This document shows positions 20,316-30,349 of a stretch of DNA of 64,000 nt, piece by piece. Origin of the DNA: Syntrophales bacterium (GTDB lineage Bacteria; Desulfobacterota; Syntrophia; Syntrophales; UBA2210); NCBI GenBank assembly GCA_963666365.2, contig CAXXNF010000002.1, positions 2,144,001 through 2,208,000 of the forward strand. Reading direction: 5' to 3'. Numbering within the stretch: the first letter of the stretch is position 1; every line of letters begins with the position of its first letter. A program made the translations under genes and the position numbers. The notes below the pieces were generated by a model, which was given only the letters and a program-made list of their open reading frames with translations, was not told where the DNA came from and ran no database searches.

Positions 20316-22647
20316 ATTTATATCAGACAAAGAGACTTTCATTACAATGGCATCTGATTTTTTCAACGAACTTTTTGAACCAGCGTTTAATAGCGAGTGC
20401 GGTGATATCGAAATCAGGACATTCAAACCATCACCTCAACAGAACTTTTACAAATCGGAGCATGAAGCCGCTGAAAGAGCGTTCGATTTATGCAACCGGG
20501 GCATTGATGTGTATTTCGGAGTGAATCCGCGAACCGGCAATGCTGGAAAAAAAGAGAACATCCAGTATGTGAGTGCATTCCACGCGGAAATCGATTACGG
20601 CGAAACAGGTCATAAAAAAGATACACCCCATAAGACGTATGAAGACGCCTTAAATGCTATAGAATCCTTCAACCCGGAACCAACCATTATTATCCACAGC
20701 GGCGGCGGCTTTCATTGTTACTGGGTATTGAGCAATCCCGTAAAGGTCGATGCCATTGGATGTCAGATTCTGGAAAGCATCAATAAAAATCTGTCGGAAA
20801 AACTGGGAGGCGATCGGGGAACACAGGACATTACACGGGTGCTGCGAGTGCAAGGTACATACAATTTTAAAATAATGGACAATCCGCGACCAGTAATGCT
20901 CATATCCAACAGTCATAAGAAGTATGAGTATGAGGAGTTCAGGACATTCATACCCACCGAACATGCAGTCGCAAGCGGCATACCAGACACCGGCAAAAAT
21001 CTTCAGACACACCGCCCAGTTGCGCATGTTGAGCCCTCACAACTGTCGTTTGATATAGAGAACTTGCCTGTTTCGAGTAAAATAAAGTCGCTTATTAAGA
21101 ATGGCAATGACGGCAGGTATACATCAAGAAGCGAAGCAGACATGGCGGTGGTAATTGCTCTGGTGAATAAAGGGGTGAATACAGAAAATATCAAACAGAT
21201 ATTTCTCAACTGTGGCATCGGTGAAAAATACAGGGAGCATCGCTCAAAAGACGACTATTTGAACCATACCATTGAACAGGCAAAAAAATACTCTGATCTT
21301 ACCGAAGAAGAGAGGACAGACCCGCTTTTCATTACAAACGCGCTTTTAAAAACAGATGGGAGATATCGACTCAACATTCTGAAATTTCAAGAATACATGG
21401 TCAGAAAATACCGTATAGTCATTCTTGACCGTGAACAGGCAATGTTCCGCTATACAGGTAAATGCTATGAACAGATAACAGATAAGGCCCTTAATAATCT
21501 CTGCCAGAGGGAACTGAAGGACCATAGAAATCTCTTTTCCCGGTCGTCTCTTTCAGAATTCATCCATTACGCCGTGGGAGAAACACTGGCCGACAGCGAG
21601 AAGGTGAAGCAGGAGCAGGTCAATTACCTGACAATGCAAAACGGCATCTATGAATTTGACCGTGGGAGATTATTGCCCCGTACCCCAAAAATCTTCACAA
21701 CGAATCTTCTGCCTTTTGAATACGACCCCAATGCTAAATGCACCAGATTCATACAGTTTCTTAATGAAGTATTCGAAGGTGAGCAGGAAAAGATCCGTTT
21801 CGTACAGGAAGCTGTGGGGTACATCTTTCACAAGTCCATTCCCACCCCTGCGGTCTTTTTCCTTATCGGGTCAGGCAGCAACGGCAAGTCGGTTTTCATT
21901 AACACCATATCCAGCCTGGTAGGAAAGGAGAATACAAGCAACGTCAGCTTCAACCTCCTTTCCGACGAGACCTACATTCTTGAGCTTTATCAGAAGATGA
22001 TCAACATCTCCGGTGAAACCCCTCATGCAAAAACGATCGATACAGATGTGATTAAAGCGGTGACGGCTGGCGATTGGGTTACGGGAAGAGAGCTTTACAA
22101 ACCGCCCATGAAATTCCGACCTTTTGCTAAAAGCTTTTTAGCTATGAATAATCTGCCCACAATAAAAGATACCTCGCATGGTATGTGGCGGAGAATATGG
22201 GTTGTCACTTTTCCCAAAAAATTTGAAGAACATGAGATGGATCGACAGCTGGAAGAAAAACTCACGAAGGAGTTATCAGGCATCTTTAACTGGGCGCTTG
22301 AGGGGTACAGTAGATTAAAAGGAAACGGTTTTTCTTTACAGGAAAGCGATTCCATGAAACTGGAGAAGAAGTCTTACCGGATAAGTGCCGACAGTGCCAG
22401 AGAATTCATTAGTGAATATCTTGCTCCTTCGAGTGATGAAAATGCACGAATTAAACTTAGTGTGCTCTATAACCACTATAAAGACTGGTGTAATTCACAA
22501 AGATCAAAAGATGTTAAAAATAAAAATGAATTCAAAATAATACTTGAAGATATGAAATATTATGTAGACAACTCTTCAAAAGACAATAATCAAGTTCATG
22601 CATTCAATGTTGTTTTTAAAGAGAATATAAAAAATATTATTGTATAA
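20308..22647 (+). CDS. P4-family primase-helicase (RepB-like primase + D5/SF3 helicase)
   Basis: HSGGGFHCYW, RVLRVQGTYNFK, SRSEAD, Walker A GSGSNGKS, MNNLP, GMWRRI. Confidence 0.9.
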   Translation: MTKFISDKETFITMASDFFNELFEPAFNSECGDIEIRTFKPSPQQNFYKSEHEAAERAFDLCNRGIDVYFGVNPRTGNAGKKENIQYVSAFHAEIDYGETGHKKDTPHKTYEDALNAIESFNPEPTIIIHSGGGFHCYWVLSNPVKVDAIGCQILESINKNLSEKLGGDRGTQDITRVLRVQGTYNFKIMDNPRPVMLISNSHKKYEYEEFRTFIPTEHAVASGIPDTGKNLQTHRPVAHVEPSQLSFDIENLPVSSKIKSLIKNGNDGRYTSRSEADMAVVIALVNKGVNTENIKQIFLNCGIGEKYREHRSKDDYLNHTIEQAKKYSDLTEEERTDPLFITNALLKTDGRYRLNILKFQEYMVRKYRIVILDREQAMFRYTGKCYEQITDKALNNLCQRELKDHRNLFSRSSLSEFIHYAVGETLADSEKVKQEQVNYLTMQNGIYEFDRGRLLPRTPKIFTTNLLPFEYDPNAKCTRFIQFLNEVFEGEQEKIRFVQEAVGYIFHKSIPTPAVFFLIGSGSNGKSVFINTISSLVGKENTSNVSFNLLSDETYILELYQKMINISGETPHAKTIDTDVIKAVTAGDWVTGRELYKPPMKFRPFAKSFLAMNNLPTIKDTSHGMWRRIWVVTFPKKFEEHEMDRQLEEKLTKELSGIFNWALEGYSRLKGNGFSLQESDSMKLEKKSYRISADSAREFISEYLAPSSDENARIKLSVLYNHYKDWCNSQRSKDVKNKNEFKIILEDMKYYVDNSSKDNNQVHAFNVVFKENIKNIIV

Positions 22648-22649
22648 TG

Positions 22650-23000
22650 TAATACTTTTTTCCCAAAAGATTAAAAAGAGATTAATTCCCAGCATAAACA
22701 TTAATCAGTAATAGCTGAATATAATAAAATGGTTAAACCGAAAGATTAATAGATTAATTCTTTTTTATATTATTTGTTGCAAATAAAAAACAATATTATA
22801 AATATAATATAAATTATAAATAAAAAATAAAAGATAGGAAATTACATTAATCTGTTAATTTTTACCAGAACACAGTAATAATATTAATGATTTTAGATTA
22901 ATGGATTGTATATTTATTTAATCTCTTTTTAATCTGACTGTTTCCTCAGAGAAATATTGTCCTTCATGAGTTTTTCAAAAAATAGTACAATAATAGTAAT
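22650..23000. other. AT-rich putative replication origin
   Basis: Very AT-rich, with many GATTAA/TTAATC copies in both orientations, directly after the primase. Confidence 0.55.
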
Positions 23001-23200
23001 GTAAGAACCCTTAAGCAAATTTTGGCAAAAAAAAGAAAAGACAAAACAATATGAAATAGTTTACCTTCAAATATTGAAACTTAAAACCAACAACACTGAA
23101 TTAAAACGACTCCTTTTCCGGTAATTCGATTGATCCCCGATACTGTTTTGACTTTAAAAGAGCATCTTAAAGAACTTATAAATGCCCAGAAAAACCGAAA

Positions 23201-23590
23201 ATGACTATCACTGCACGTTTCCTTCAACACCCCCTGGGAGAGCTTTTTGCTCATAACCTTCTATCGAAGAGCTATGACTGGTTGGATAACCGGTTTTATC
23301 GCCTCCCCAATAATGCCCAGGTTTTCTATAGAAGGTTTTTGATCCACAATGACTATAAGAGTATCCCCCTGAAAATCGAGACGATTATAGAAGCATTAAA
23401 CCTCGTTGACAAAAATATCACCAACCTGACCGGAACAATAGAAACGAATATCCTGAAGCCGCTCATGGACCAGGGATTAATCGATTCCTATGAGAAAAAG
23501 AGGGATGGTCTCTACGGTTTGAAGTTCATAATTAAGCGATCGAAAAATTCAGTACCCGTTGAGATTGACCTTCAACAGCCGTCAAGTTGA
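23201..23590 (+). pseudogene. C-terminal fragment of a plasmid-type Rep initiator
   Basis: Winged-helix-like sequence, broken upstream frame, iterons immediately after the stop. Confidence 0.45.
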
Positions 23591-23598
23591 GATGGATT

Positions 23599-23733
23599 GA
23601 GGGTCTGTAAAACTTTAATCGAGGGTCTGTAAAACTTATATCGAGGGTCTGTAAAACGGAAACCGATTTAAACCTTTCAGATTGGTTAGGATCTCAAAAA
23701 TACAAGATATAATAAGATATAATAAGATATCTT
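23599..23733 (+). repeat. Iterons: 3 x 22-bp period (GAGGGTCTGTAAAAC) plus 3 x AAGATAT(AAT)
   Basis: Copies at 23599, 23621, 23643; AT-rich 10-mers at 23704, 23714, 23724. Confidence 0.85.
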
Positions 23734-24612
23734 AATACCGGAACCCCTCCCTTTGGGTCGGGTTTCCTCGGGGACCATATAGTTATATTTTTGTAGTTAG
23801 GGAAAAATGGTTATGGAGATATGAATATTCATACAAGAAGATTGGTCATGCATTACTAAAGGAATTGGTCAAGAGGAAATTATGGGGTAATAGATTTATA
23901 GTAATGAAGAATGGGTAAACATTACTTGTGAGATTGGTCGTACACACCATGGGGTTTACTTGTAAGAAATACAAAACTATAACAAATAAAAAATGGTGAG
24001 AGAAGAAGAGTGGTCGGTTGCTGCTTTTATCTACTGTTTACTTCATGCTGCTGGTGGGTATACTGAAACAATACCCTCTGAAGTCTATCTCATGTCTTCC
24101 AGGAAAGAAGATCTGTGGGAAAGTGGAATGGATCGCGAAGGGTTCCCATGGTAGTAGCGTCCGTTATTACAGCAGGAGTAATGGGTCCCGGTTTCGCGCG
24201 CCGCCTGATGGGATCGTGAGCCTCATTGAGGGAGACCGTCCGTACTGTCGAGCATTCACCATCCCGGGACTTCTCAGGTTGTCTCTCCGGTGAGTTCTGC
24301 CGCATCGTATATATGGGGTTGGATTATGAATGAACGAGTGCTGACATCAAAGCAGGAAGGTTTGAGAGGGGAGGGCAAATACGCAGGAGTCTGCGTTTTT
24401 AGCTGTTTTCACCATGAGCATCGGGCAGAATGGATGGACGTATTGAACATTCTCCGAGACTATCGAAAGTACCTCTGCAAATAAACGAGATCATTCCGAA
24501 ATAACGACCGTTTTTCGCCGTTCTTGATATTTACAATGAATTTTGGGCGAATTCGGGAAGGCGTTGGAATGAAAGGGATATGTGTTGCGGAGTACACCTC
24601 TAAAGCCTCAGC

Positions 24613-24684
24613 GGTGGCGGAATCAATCGGAATCAGCTGGCGGAATGAATCATATTCGGGTGGCGGAATGCGTCGGAATATCCA
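24613..24684 (+). mobile_element. Orphan IS21-like end
   Basis: Three TGGCGGAAT repeats ending ...CGGAATATCCA; no istAB nearby. Confidence 0.5.
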
Positions 24685-24825
24685 TTTCGTTCAACGGCTC
24701 TTCACGTTTCATCGAATGAGCAGGCGCACCACCCGCCTTTTGCGGCCCGCCTTCGTCTCCATGATAATCAAATATCTCTTACAGTATCAACGGGATACAA
24801 AATTATTTTTATCATACGCCCCTTC

Positions 24826-24841
24826 TGGCACGGTTCTTTCT
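24826..24841 (+). promoter_or_regulatory. Sigma54-like promoter (imperfect -12)
   Basis: TGGCACG-GTTC-TTTCT versus consensus TGGCACG-N4-TTGCW. Confidence 0.45.
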
Positions 24842-24889
24842 ATAAAGTAAGGCAAAGACACACGAACACACCAAAAGGAGGAAAATGAT

Positions 24890-25165
24890 ATGAAACGGAC
24901 ACTTCAGACACTGATCATGGCGGTCTTCGTGGTTCTGATTACGGCATCCTTCAGCTTTGCCGAGTATGTGGCATCGACGGCGGGGAATTTCCCCTACTTC
25001 CAACTGGGCTGCCTGGTGGTGGGCGGTCTGATCATCACCTCACTGAAGCACAAATACTCCAAGATCTACATGAGCGAAGCCGTCGGTTCCTTCGCGCTGT
25101 ACGCGGTGCTGGTGGCCCTCTTCACGGCTCCGGTCATCGATGGATTGAAGGCATTGGTCAGTTAG
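24890..25165 (+). CDS. Small membrane protein
   Basis: AAGGAGG RBS; three hydrophobic segments. Confidence 0.7.
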   Translation: MKRTLQTLIMAVFVVLITASFSFAEYVASTAGNFPYFQLGCLVVGGLIITSLKHKYSKIYMSEAVGSFALYAVLVALFTAPVIDGLKALVS

Positions 25166-25236
25166 ATAGAGTAATATAGAAAAAGAGCGCTTCACCTGCA
25201 TAACGGCAGGCATCCTCGGAAAGGAGGACAAAGGCA

Positions 25237-25482
25237 ATGACAGCATTGAGAGAACATATGCACCAGATGGAGAACAGATCGCAATACACGTCGGTATTCA
25301 TGATAAGCGTGTGGGGATTTGTAATCGCAATTTCGTCCTTCCTCTTTCTCTATGCGGGGTACTGGCTTGACCAGCAGTTCGGTTCCGCGCCGACCTTCAT
25401 GCTGGGACTCTTCTTTCTCGGGGTGTTCCTCTGCATAGGTCGTCTCTACTGGGAAGTCTGGGTGAGACGGGGAAAGGACTAA
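25237..25482 (+). CDS. AtpZ/AtpI-like membrane protein
   Basis: GYWLDQQFGSAPTFMLGLFFLG motif between two TM helices. Confidence 0.7.
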   Translation: MTALREHMHQMENRSQYTSVFMISVWGFVIAISSFLFLYAGYWLDQQFGSAPTFMLGLFFLGVFLCIGRLYWEVWVRRGKD

Positions 25483-25849
25483 ACCCTGCCGGCAGCGCCG
25501 GTTGCCTCGTCGATAACGCCCATCGTATACAAAAGATCCCCCTTTACTATCAAAAAAGGGGGACTTTTTTGAATCCGGCGACAGCATACGCAATTACGAC
25601 CCTCTCACGCGACACTTCCAGTCTGTCGTGCACTTTTGTGGTTTTTCGAGGACCAGTATCCCCGGAATTGACCTTGACACACAAGAGAACGTTTCTTATA
25701 CTGCCGCCAACTGAAAGTAATTTCTCATCAATCGCTGATATCGGACTGTTAGAGGCACCGCAACCACTGGCGATCGACGGACCACCGGCCGCACCGTGTT
25801 TCCACCGGCAATGGCGCGGATTCTTTAACCAAAACGACAGGAGCAAACG

Positions 25850-27850
25850 ATGAAAATGGTTTTCTACTGGATCTTTGGTGTTATTGGTGTGTTCTTACTC
25901 TGCCTCACCGGTTGCGAGTCCGGGTCCGAGAGCGATAGCCTGGGTGCTTCAGATGGGAATGGCATTGCCATCTTCGCCTATAGCCAGGACTGCAATAATT
26001 ACTTTTCCAAACACGCCTACTCTCATTTGGGAGAAACGACGATGAGCGGCCAGTGGGACAGCAGCTACTACTGGGACCATATGACAAAGTTCAACGTTGG
26101 CGACCAGCAGTACATCATGGGCCACCACAAGTACGATCCCTCTACCCTGAAAGGCTCGAATGACTGGTGGATAAGGAGAATCTACAAAACCGGCGACCTT
26201 GGACAACAGACCGACAGCGGCGTGTGGTCGCACCGCTACCAGACCCTGACCGGCTGCAAGTCAGGCAACAACTCGTTTATAATTGGCCAGAGCTCTGACA
26301 CCAAGCGCTGGTTCGTTCAGCAAGTGCTGACCGGTGGCAAACTCGGAGACGAGACGTCGTCGGGTACCTGGTACGACTATTATCCTGTCGCGGTCCCGTT
26401 GGAAATGAACGGCAATACTTTCATCTATTTCCAGTCCAGCAGGGATGAGTCGAGCCGGTACTATTGGTTCATCGCCAAGCTGACTGAGACCGGACACCTC
26501 CACCAGACCGACGACGGCTACTGGAACAATCTTTATCACGCACACACGTCCTTCGAGATCGACGGCATCTGGTACATCTTCGGAATCAGAAAACCGACTG
26601 CCGAGTCAAAGGGGGTCTGGTTCATCCAGCACGTTTTTCACGATGGTACGATGGGCAACGAGATGGACAACGGCAAATGGGATTATTTCTATCAGACCAT
26701 CGCCTCATACAGGGCTGAGAACGGCAAGACCTACATTCTATCCCACAATGCGGAATACAATTTCTGGCACATTCACGAGGTGCACTCCGGCGGAACAATG
26801 GGCTCTGAGACCGACAGCGGCGTCTGGGACAACTACTGCGAATACGTTTTTCCGGTCAGCTTCAACACAGTTTACCTGCGCGACGACAATTGGATGACCG
26901 CTATGAACGATACCATCGGCCCCCGCAAGCTGATCAACATCACGCTGCCGGGTTCGCACGACGCAGGTGTAAATGAGAAGGACTACAATTTGGGGGCGGA
27001 CTGTTTTAGCGGCGCCTGTTCGTGTAACACCACCGCACAGGAAACCGACATCATCGGCCAGCTCGAACGCGGATCGCGCTACTTTGATATCCGTCCGTCC
27101 TGCATGGAAAGCAATAAAAAGGAATGGGCATCCTGGCTAACCGCACATCTTGAAGTGAACGGTTCGACAATCCTGGGCTGCCAGAGCGAATCCATGTCCA
27201 ACGTGTTTGCCGACGTCTCCGATTTTTTTGCCAACGGCGCCCATAACCAGGAACTGGTCATCCTCAAGATTTCCCATTGCATTGACGTCAATTGCGCAGA
27301 AGGACAATGTGACGGCAACGACTTTGACTTGCTCGTGTCGCACATCAAGAAAGATCTGCCTAACCTGGTTAAGTGCGACGACAATTGCAATCTGATGGAC
27401 ATGACGCTCGACGAAATTCTCGAAAAAGGGAACGTTATCGTTCTGGTTGACGAGCCTAGTGGCATTTCAGTAAGAGACAAGGCCAACGGCATCTTCTCCT
27501 GGTCCGACGACATGCCGATATACGACGAATATTCCAATACCGACGATCTGGACACCATGACCAGCGACCAACTCAGTAAGCTGAAAAACTCGCACAACCA
27601 CAAGAATAAGCTCTTTCTGCTCTCCTGGACTCTGACTATGACTGAGGATGATGCCATTGCGTGCATAATCACGAAAAACTCTATTCTGAATATGGCTTTA
27701 CAAGCGCGCGAAGCGCTCTTTCCGACGCTCATCGGCGGATGGGTCGAAAAGGGGACCATCACACAGGAGATCTATCCGAACATCCTTTACCTCGATGCGT
27801 TCCAGCAACTGGGTACGCGGGCCGCGATATACTTGAACCTTTACGATTAA
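25850..27850 (+). CDS. Lipoprotein: Trp-rich repeat (beta-propeller-like) domain + PI-PLC X-box domain
   Basis: Lipobox LTGC; about six TDSGxW-type repeats; TLPGSHDAG, GSRYFDIRP, ELVILKISH. Confidence 0.8.
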   Translation: MKMVFYWIFGVIGVFLLCLTGCESGSESDSLGASDGNGIAIFAYSQDCNNYFSKHAYSHLGETTMSGQWDSSYYWDHMTKFNVGDQQYIMGHHKYDPSTLKGSNDWWIRRIYKTGDLGQQTDSGVWSHRYQTLTGCKSGNNSFIIGQSSDTKRWFVQQVLTGGKLGDETSSGTWYDYYPVAVPLEMNGNTFIYFQSSRDESSRYYWFIAKLTETGHLHQTDDGYWNNLYHAHTSFEIDGIWYIFGIRKPTAESKGVWFIQHVFHDGTMGNEMDNGKWDYFYQTIASYRAENGKTYILSHNAEYNFWHIHEVHSGGTMGSETDSGVWDNYCEYVFPVSFNTVYLRDDNWMTAMNDTIGPRKLINITLPGSHDAGVNEKDYNLGADCFSGACSCNTTAQETDIIGQLERGSRYFDIRPSCMESNKKEWASWLTAHLEVNGSTILGCQSESMSNVFADVSDFFANGAHNQELVILKISHCIDVNCAEGQCDGNDFDLLVSHIKKDLPNLVKCDDNCNLMDMTLDEILEKGNVIVLVDEPSGISVRDKANGIFSWSDDMPIYDEYSNTDDLDTMTSDQLSKLKNSHNHKNKLFLLSWTLTMTEDDAIACIITKNSILNMALQAREALFPTLIGGWVEKGTITQEIYPNILYLDAFQQLGTRAAIYLNLYD

Positions 27851-27862
27851 CGGAGCGTGGAC

Positions 27863-27955
27863 TCAATTCCGGGGACAGACTCAATGCAGTATTTCTGCAA
27901 AAAAGGTACAATTCCGGGGACAGTATACTTAATTCAGTATTTCTGTAAAAAAGGT
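27863..27955 (+). repeat. Tandem imperfect direct repeat (about 46-bp unit)
   Basis: CAATTCCGGGGACAG...CAGTATTTCTGYAAAAAAGGT occurs twice. Confidence 0.75.
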
Positions 27956-28130
27956 GACGGTATTTTTTTGCCGGCTTTCAAGGAAACCTGAGGGCCTTTA
28001 ATTAAGTATACTGTTTGAATGCATAAGTAAGAAAGATTGCAGGAAACCTCCAGGCGGGTCACAATGTTTGTAAATGCAAACTGCTGGGTCGAGATGAGTT
28101 CGCCCAGAAATGAACCACAAGGAGGTTTCC

Positions 28131-29162
28131 ATGGACAGATCTTACTACATAGGGTTGGATATTCACAAGAAGGTAATCGCATATTGTATCAAGGCCCTTG
28201 ACGGATCCTTGATTGATCAGGGAAAGATAGGGGCAGACAGGCTGGCCTTGGGAGTATGGGTGAAGGGTCTGCCGGGACCCTGGATAGGAGCTATGGAAGC
28301 GACCCTCTTCACCGGATGGGTGTACGACTTTTTGAAACCCCATGCCGTTGCCCTGAAGGTGGCTCATCCAGCGATGCTCCAGGCCATAACAGTCGCCAAG
28401 AAGAAGAATGATCGAGCCGATGCGGAAAAGATAGCCGATCTACTGCGGGTGAATCTTCTGCCTGAATGCCACATGCTCTCGGAAGAGATTCGCGAACTGG
28501 GGAGAATATTACGATATCGCAACCACATAGTTCGGACGGCAGTGAAGATTCAGAACAAGATGTCGGGCCTGCTCATGGAGGTTGGGGTCAGCTACAGCAA
28601 AAAACGCCTGCACGGCAATAAATACTTTCATGAGCTACTCGAACGGGTCGATGAGATTCCTCCTTCGGTTAATGAGCTTCTTCAGTTGAGCCGTTCCAGC
28701 TATGAGATGTTTCGCTCTTTCCAGAAGCGGCTTGTTGAGACGCTTCGTACCGACAGCCTGATCAGTGGGCGGGTGCATCGTCTCATGACCATCCCCGGAG
28801 TAGGCGAGATAACAGCTCTCACTTGGATATTAGAGATTGGCGATCCTGACCGATTCTCATCCATTCGGAAGGCAGTCAGTTACTGTGGTTTGTGCAGCGC
28901 GCAAAGGGAATCAGCGGGGAAGGAACAGCGAGGTCCCATCTCCAAGAAGAGGAACAAGCACCTGCAAACCATGCTCATTGAGGCAGCAAAGGTTGCGCCG
29001 CACTGGAACGAACAACTGGCAATCGTACATGAACGAGAATTGAAGAAGGGTAACCGGAACAGGGCAACGCTTGCCGTTGCGAGAAGGCTTGTTGCCTACA
29101 TGTTGGCCGTTGACAGGAAAGGAGCAGATTTCAATCTGCCCTCTGAAATACGGGCAGCATAA
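28131..29162 (+). CDS. IS110-family recombinase/transposase
   Basis: YIGLDIHKK, AMEAT, KNDRADA (DEDD), TIPGVG, QRESAGK. Confidence 0.95.
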   Translation: MDRSYYIGLDIHKKVIAYCIKALDGSLIDQGKIGADRLALGVWVKGLPGPWIGAMEATLFTGWVYDFLKPHAVALKVAHPAMLQAITVAKKKNDRADAEKIADLLRVNLLPECHMLSEEIRELGRILRYRNHIVRTAVKIQNKMSGLLMEVGVSYSKKRLHGNKYFHELLERVDEIPPSVNELLQLSRSSYEMFRSFQKRLVETLRTDSLISGRVHRLMTIPGVGEITALTWILEIGDPDRFSSIRKAVSYCGLCSAQRESAGKEQRGPISKKRNKHLQTMLIEAAKVAPHWNEQLAIVHERELKKGNRNRATLAVARRLVAYMLAVDRKGADFNLPSEIRAA

Positions 29163-29169
29163 AGCAAAA

Positions 29170-29500
29170 GCTGAACATATAGATCTGCCGAGAGGAAGAT
29201 CTTCCCGCCGGGCCTTGCCGTTCTGGGGACTGTGCTATCGGATGTAGGTATCCGTGATGCACCGGTTATTATGTTTCGAGGCCGGTGGGTTGACCCAAAC
29301 TCAATCTTCTGCAGAGGTCATGAAGGATATGGTGTAACGCGAACCTGTCTGACCTTGATACAGCAAATGGATGTCTGGTCGCATGTGATCGATTAGTGCG
29401 GACCAAAAAGGATTATAAAGATCGGGTTGCGGCAGATGAACAAGAATAACCGCCGGGAGTCCTTCAATCGGAAAGGTCAAGGGAAATCTCCGTTTTCCCC
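29170..29500 (+). ncRNA. Putative IS110 bridge/seek RNA
   Basis: Contains ATGGATGTC (29367) and TGTGA (29384), matching both sides of the inferred donor junction ATGGATGTC|ACA. Confidence 0.6.
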
Positions 29501-29729
29501 TTGATAAAACTTATCATGGATGTCGGTATAGAAATTCACGGTTGACGAACCGGTCATTTTTGTATATTCTCTGTACTAACATACAGTTAACGACAGGCCA
29601 CGTCACGCATCTCCGGCCTCTTATTCCTCTACCGGAACCGACTCCTCAAAAACATAAAGCCTGCACAGACACCGATGCAACCCCATATTCCTGCAGGCGT
29701 GGCCTGTTTTTTCATTAAGAGGCAGGATC

Positions 29730-30332
29730 ATGACAGTACAATATGCAATTACCATCATGACAAGAAGAGACAATCGATTTGGGTTGCTGAAGAAGTGTGC
29801 CGATATTGTCACTGAAACTTTTCCCGATAAGAGCTTTAGAACCAGCGATCTGTTGAATAATGAGGACCTAACCTGGAATGAGAAAAAGATTATGAAGGAT
29901 CTGTTCGACGGCAAGTCAAGTTACATCATGACTCACCGATTTGATTTCACCAGAGAAGATGGAGACAAATGGGTCTTTGACGACGGAAAAAGACAGAGGC
30001 ATGAATTTGCCATGAAAGTCCTCAACATGATTCACTATGAAGGGACATATAAGATAGGAGAGACAGTCTATACGAGGGATTTTGATTTCATACGATCGTT
30101 AATAGGTGCCTGGAATGCGATTTTGAAACATCTGATGAAAAAGGAGCTGGGTGAAGAAGATCCCGGATATGATATCACGGAAGAGATGATGGAGCATATA
30201 TCGGATGGCCTGATGGAAAAGGTGGGGATCTTCGGGAAATTCGATTACAGTTTTGTCCGGAGGTTTCTGGAGGCACTGTCGGAATATGACGAGGCGTATG
30301 TGGAGAGGTTGATAGAGGAGGAAGAACCCTGA
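29730..30332 (+). CDS. Hypothetical protein
   Basis: 200-aa ORF with plausible RBS. Confidence 0.6.
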   Translation: MTVQYAITIMTRRDNRFGLLKKCADIVTETFPDKSFRTSDLLNNEDLTWNEKKIMKDLFDGKSSYIMTHRFDFTREDGDKWVFDDGKRQRHEFAMKVLNMIHYEGTYKIGETVYTRDFDFIRSLIGAWNAILKHLMKKELGEEDPGYDITEEMMEHISDGLMEKVGIFGKFDYSFVRRFLEALSEYDEAYVERLIEEEEP

Positions 30333-30349
30333 GCGCCCTATCGTATTAT

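Larger units (their letters stand above)
28058..29524 (+). mobile_element. IS110-family element with long 3' non-coding region
   Basis: Ends inferred from a shared GTC core (28058-60 and 29522-24); joining them gives TTGATA-N17-CACAAT. Confidence 0.7.
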
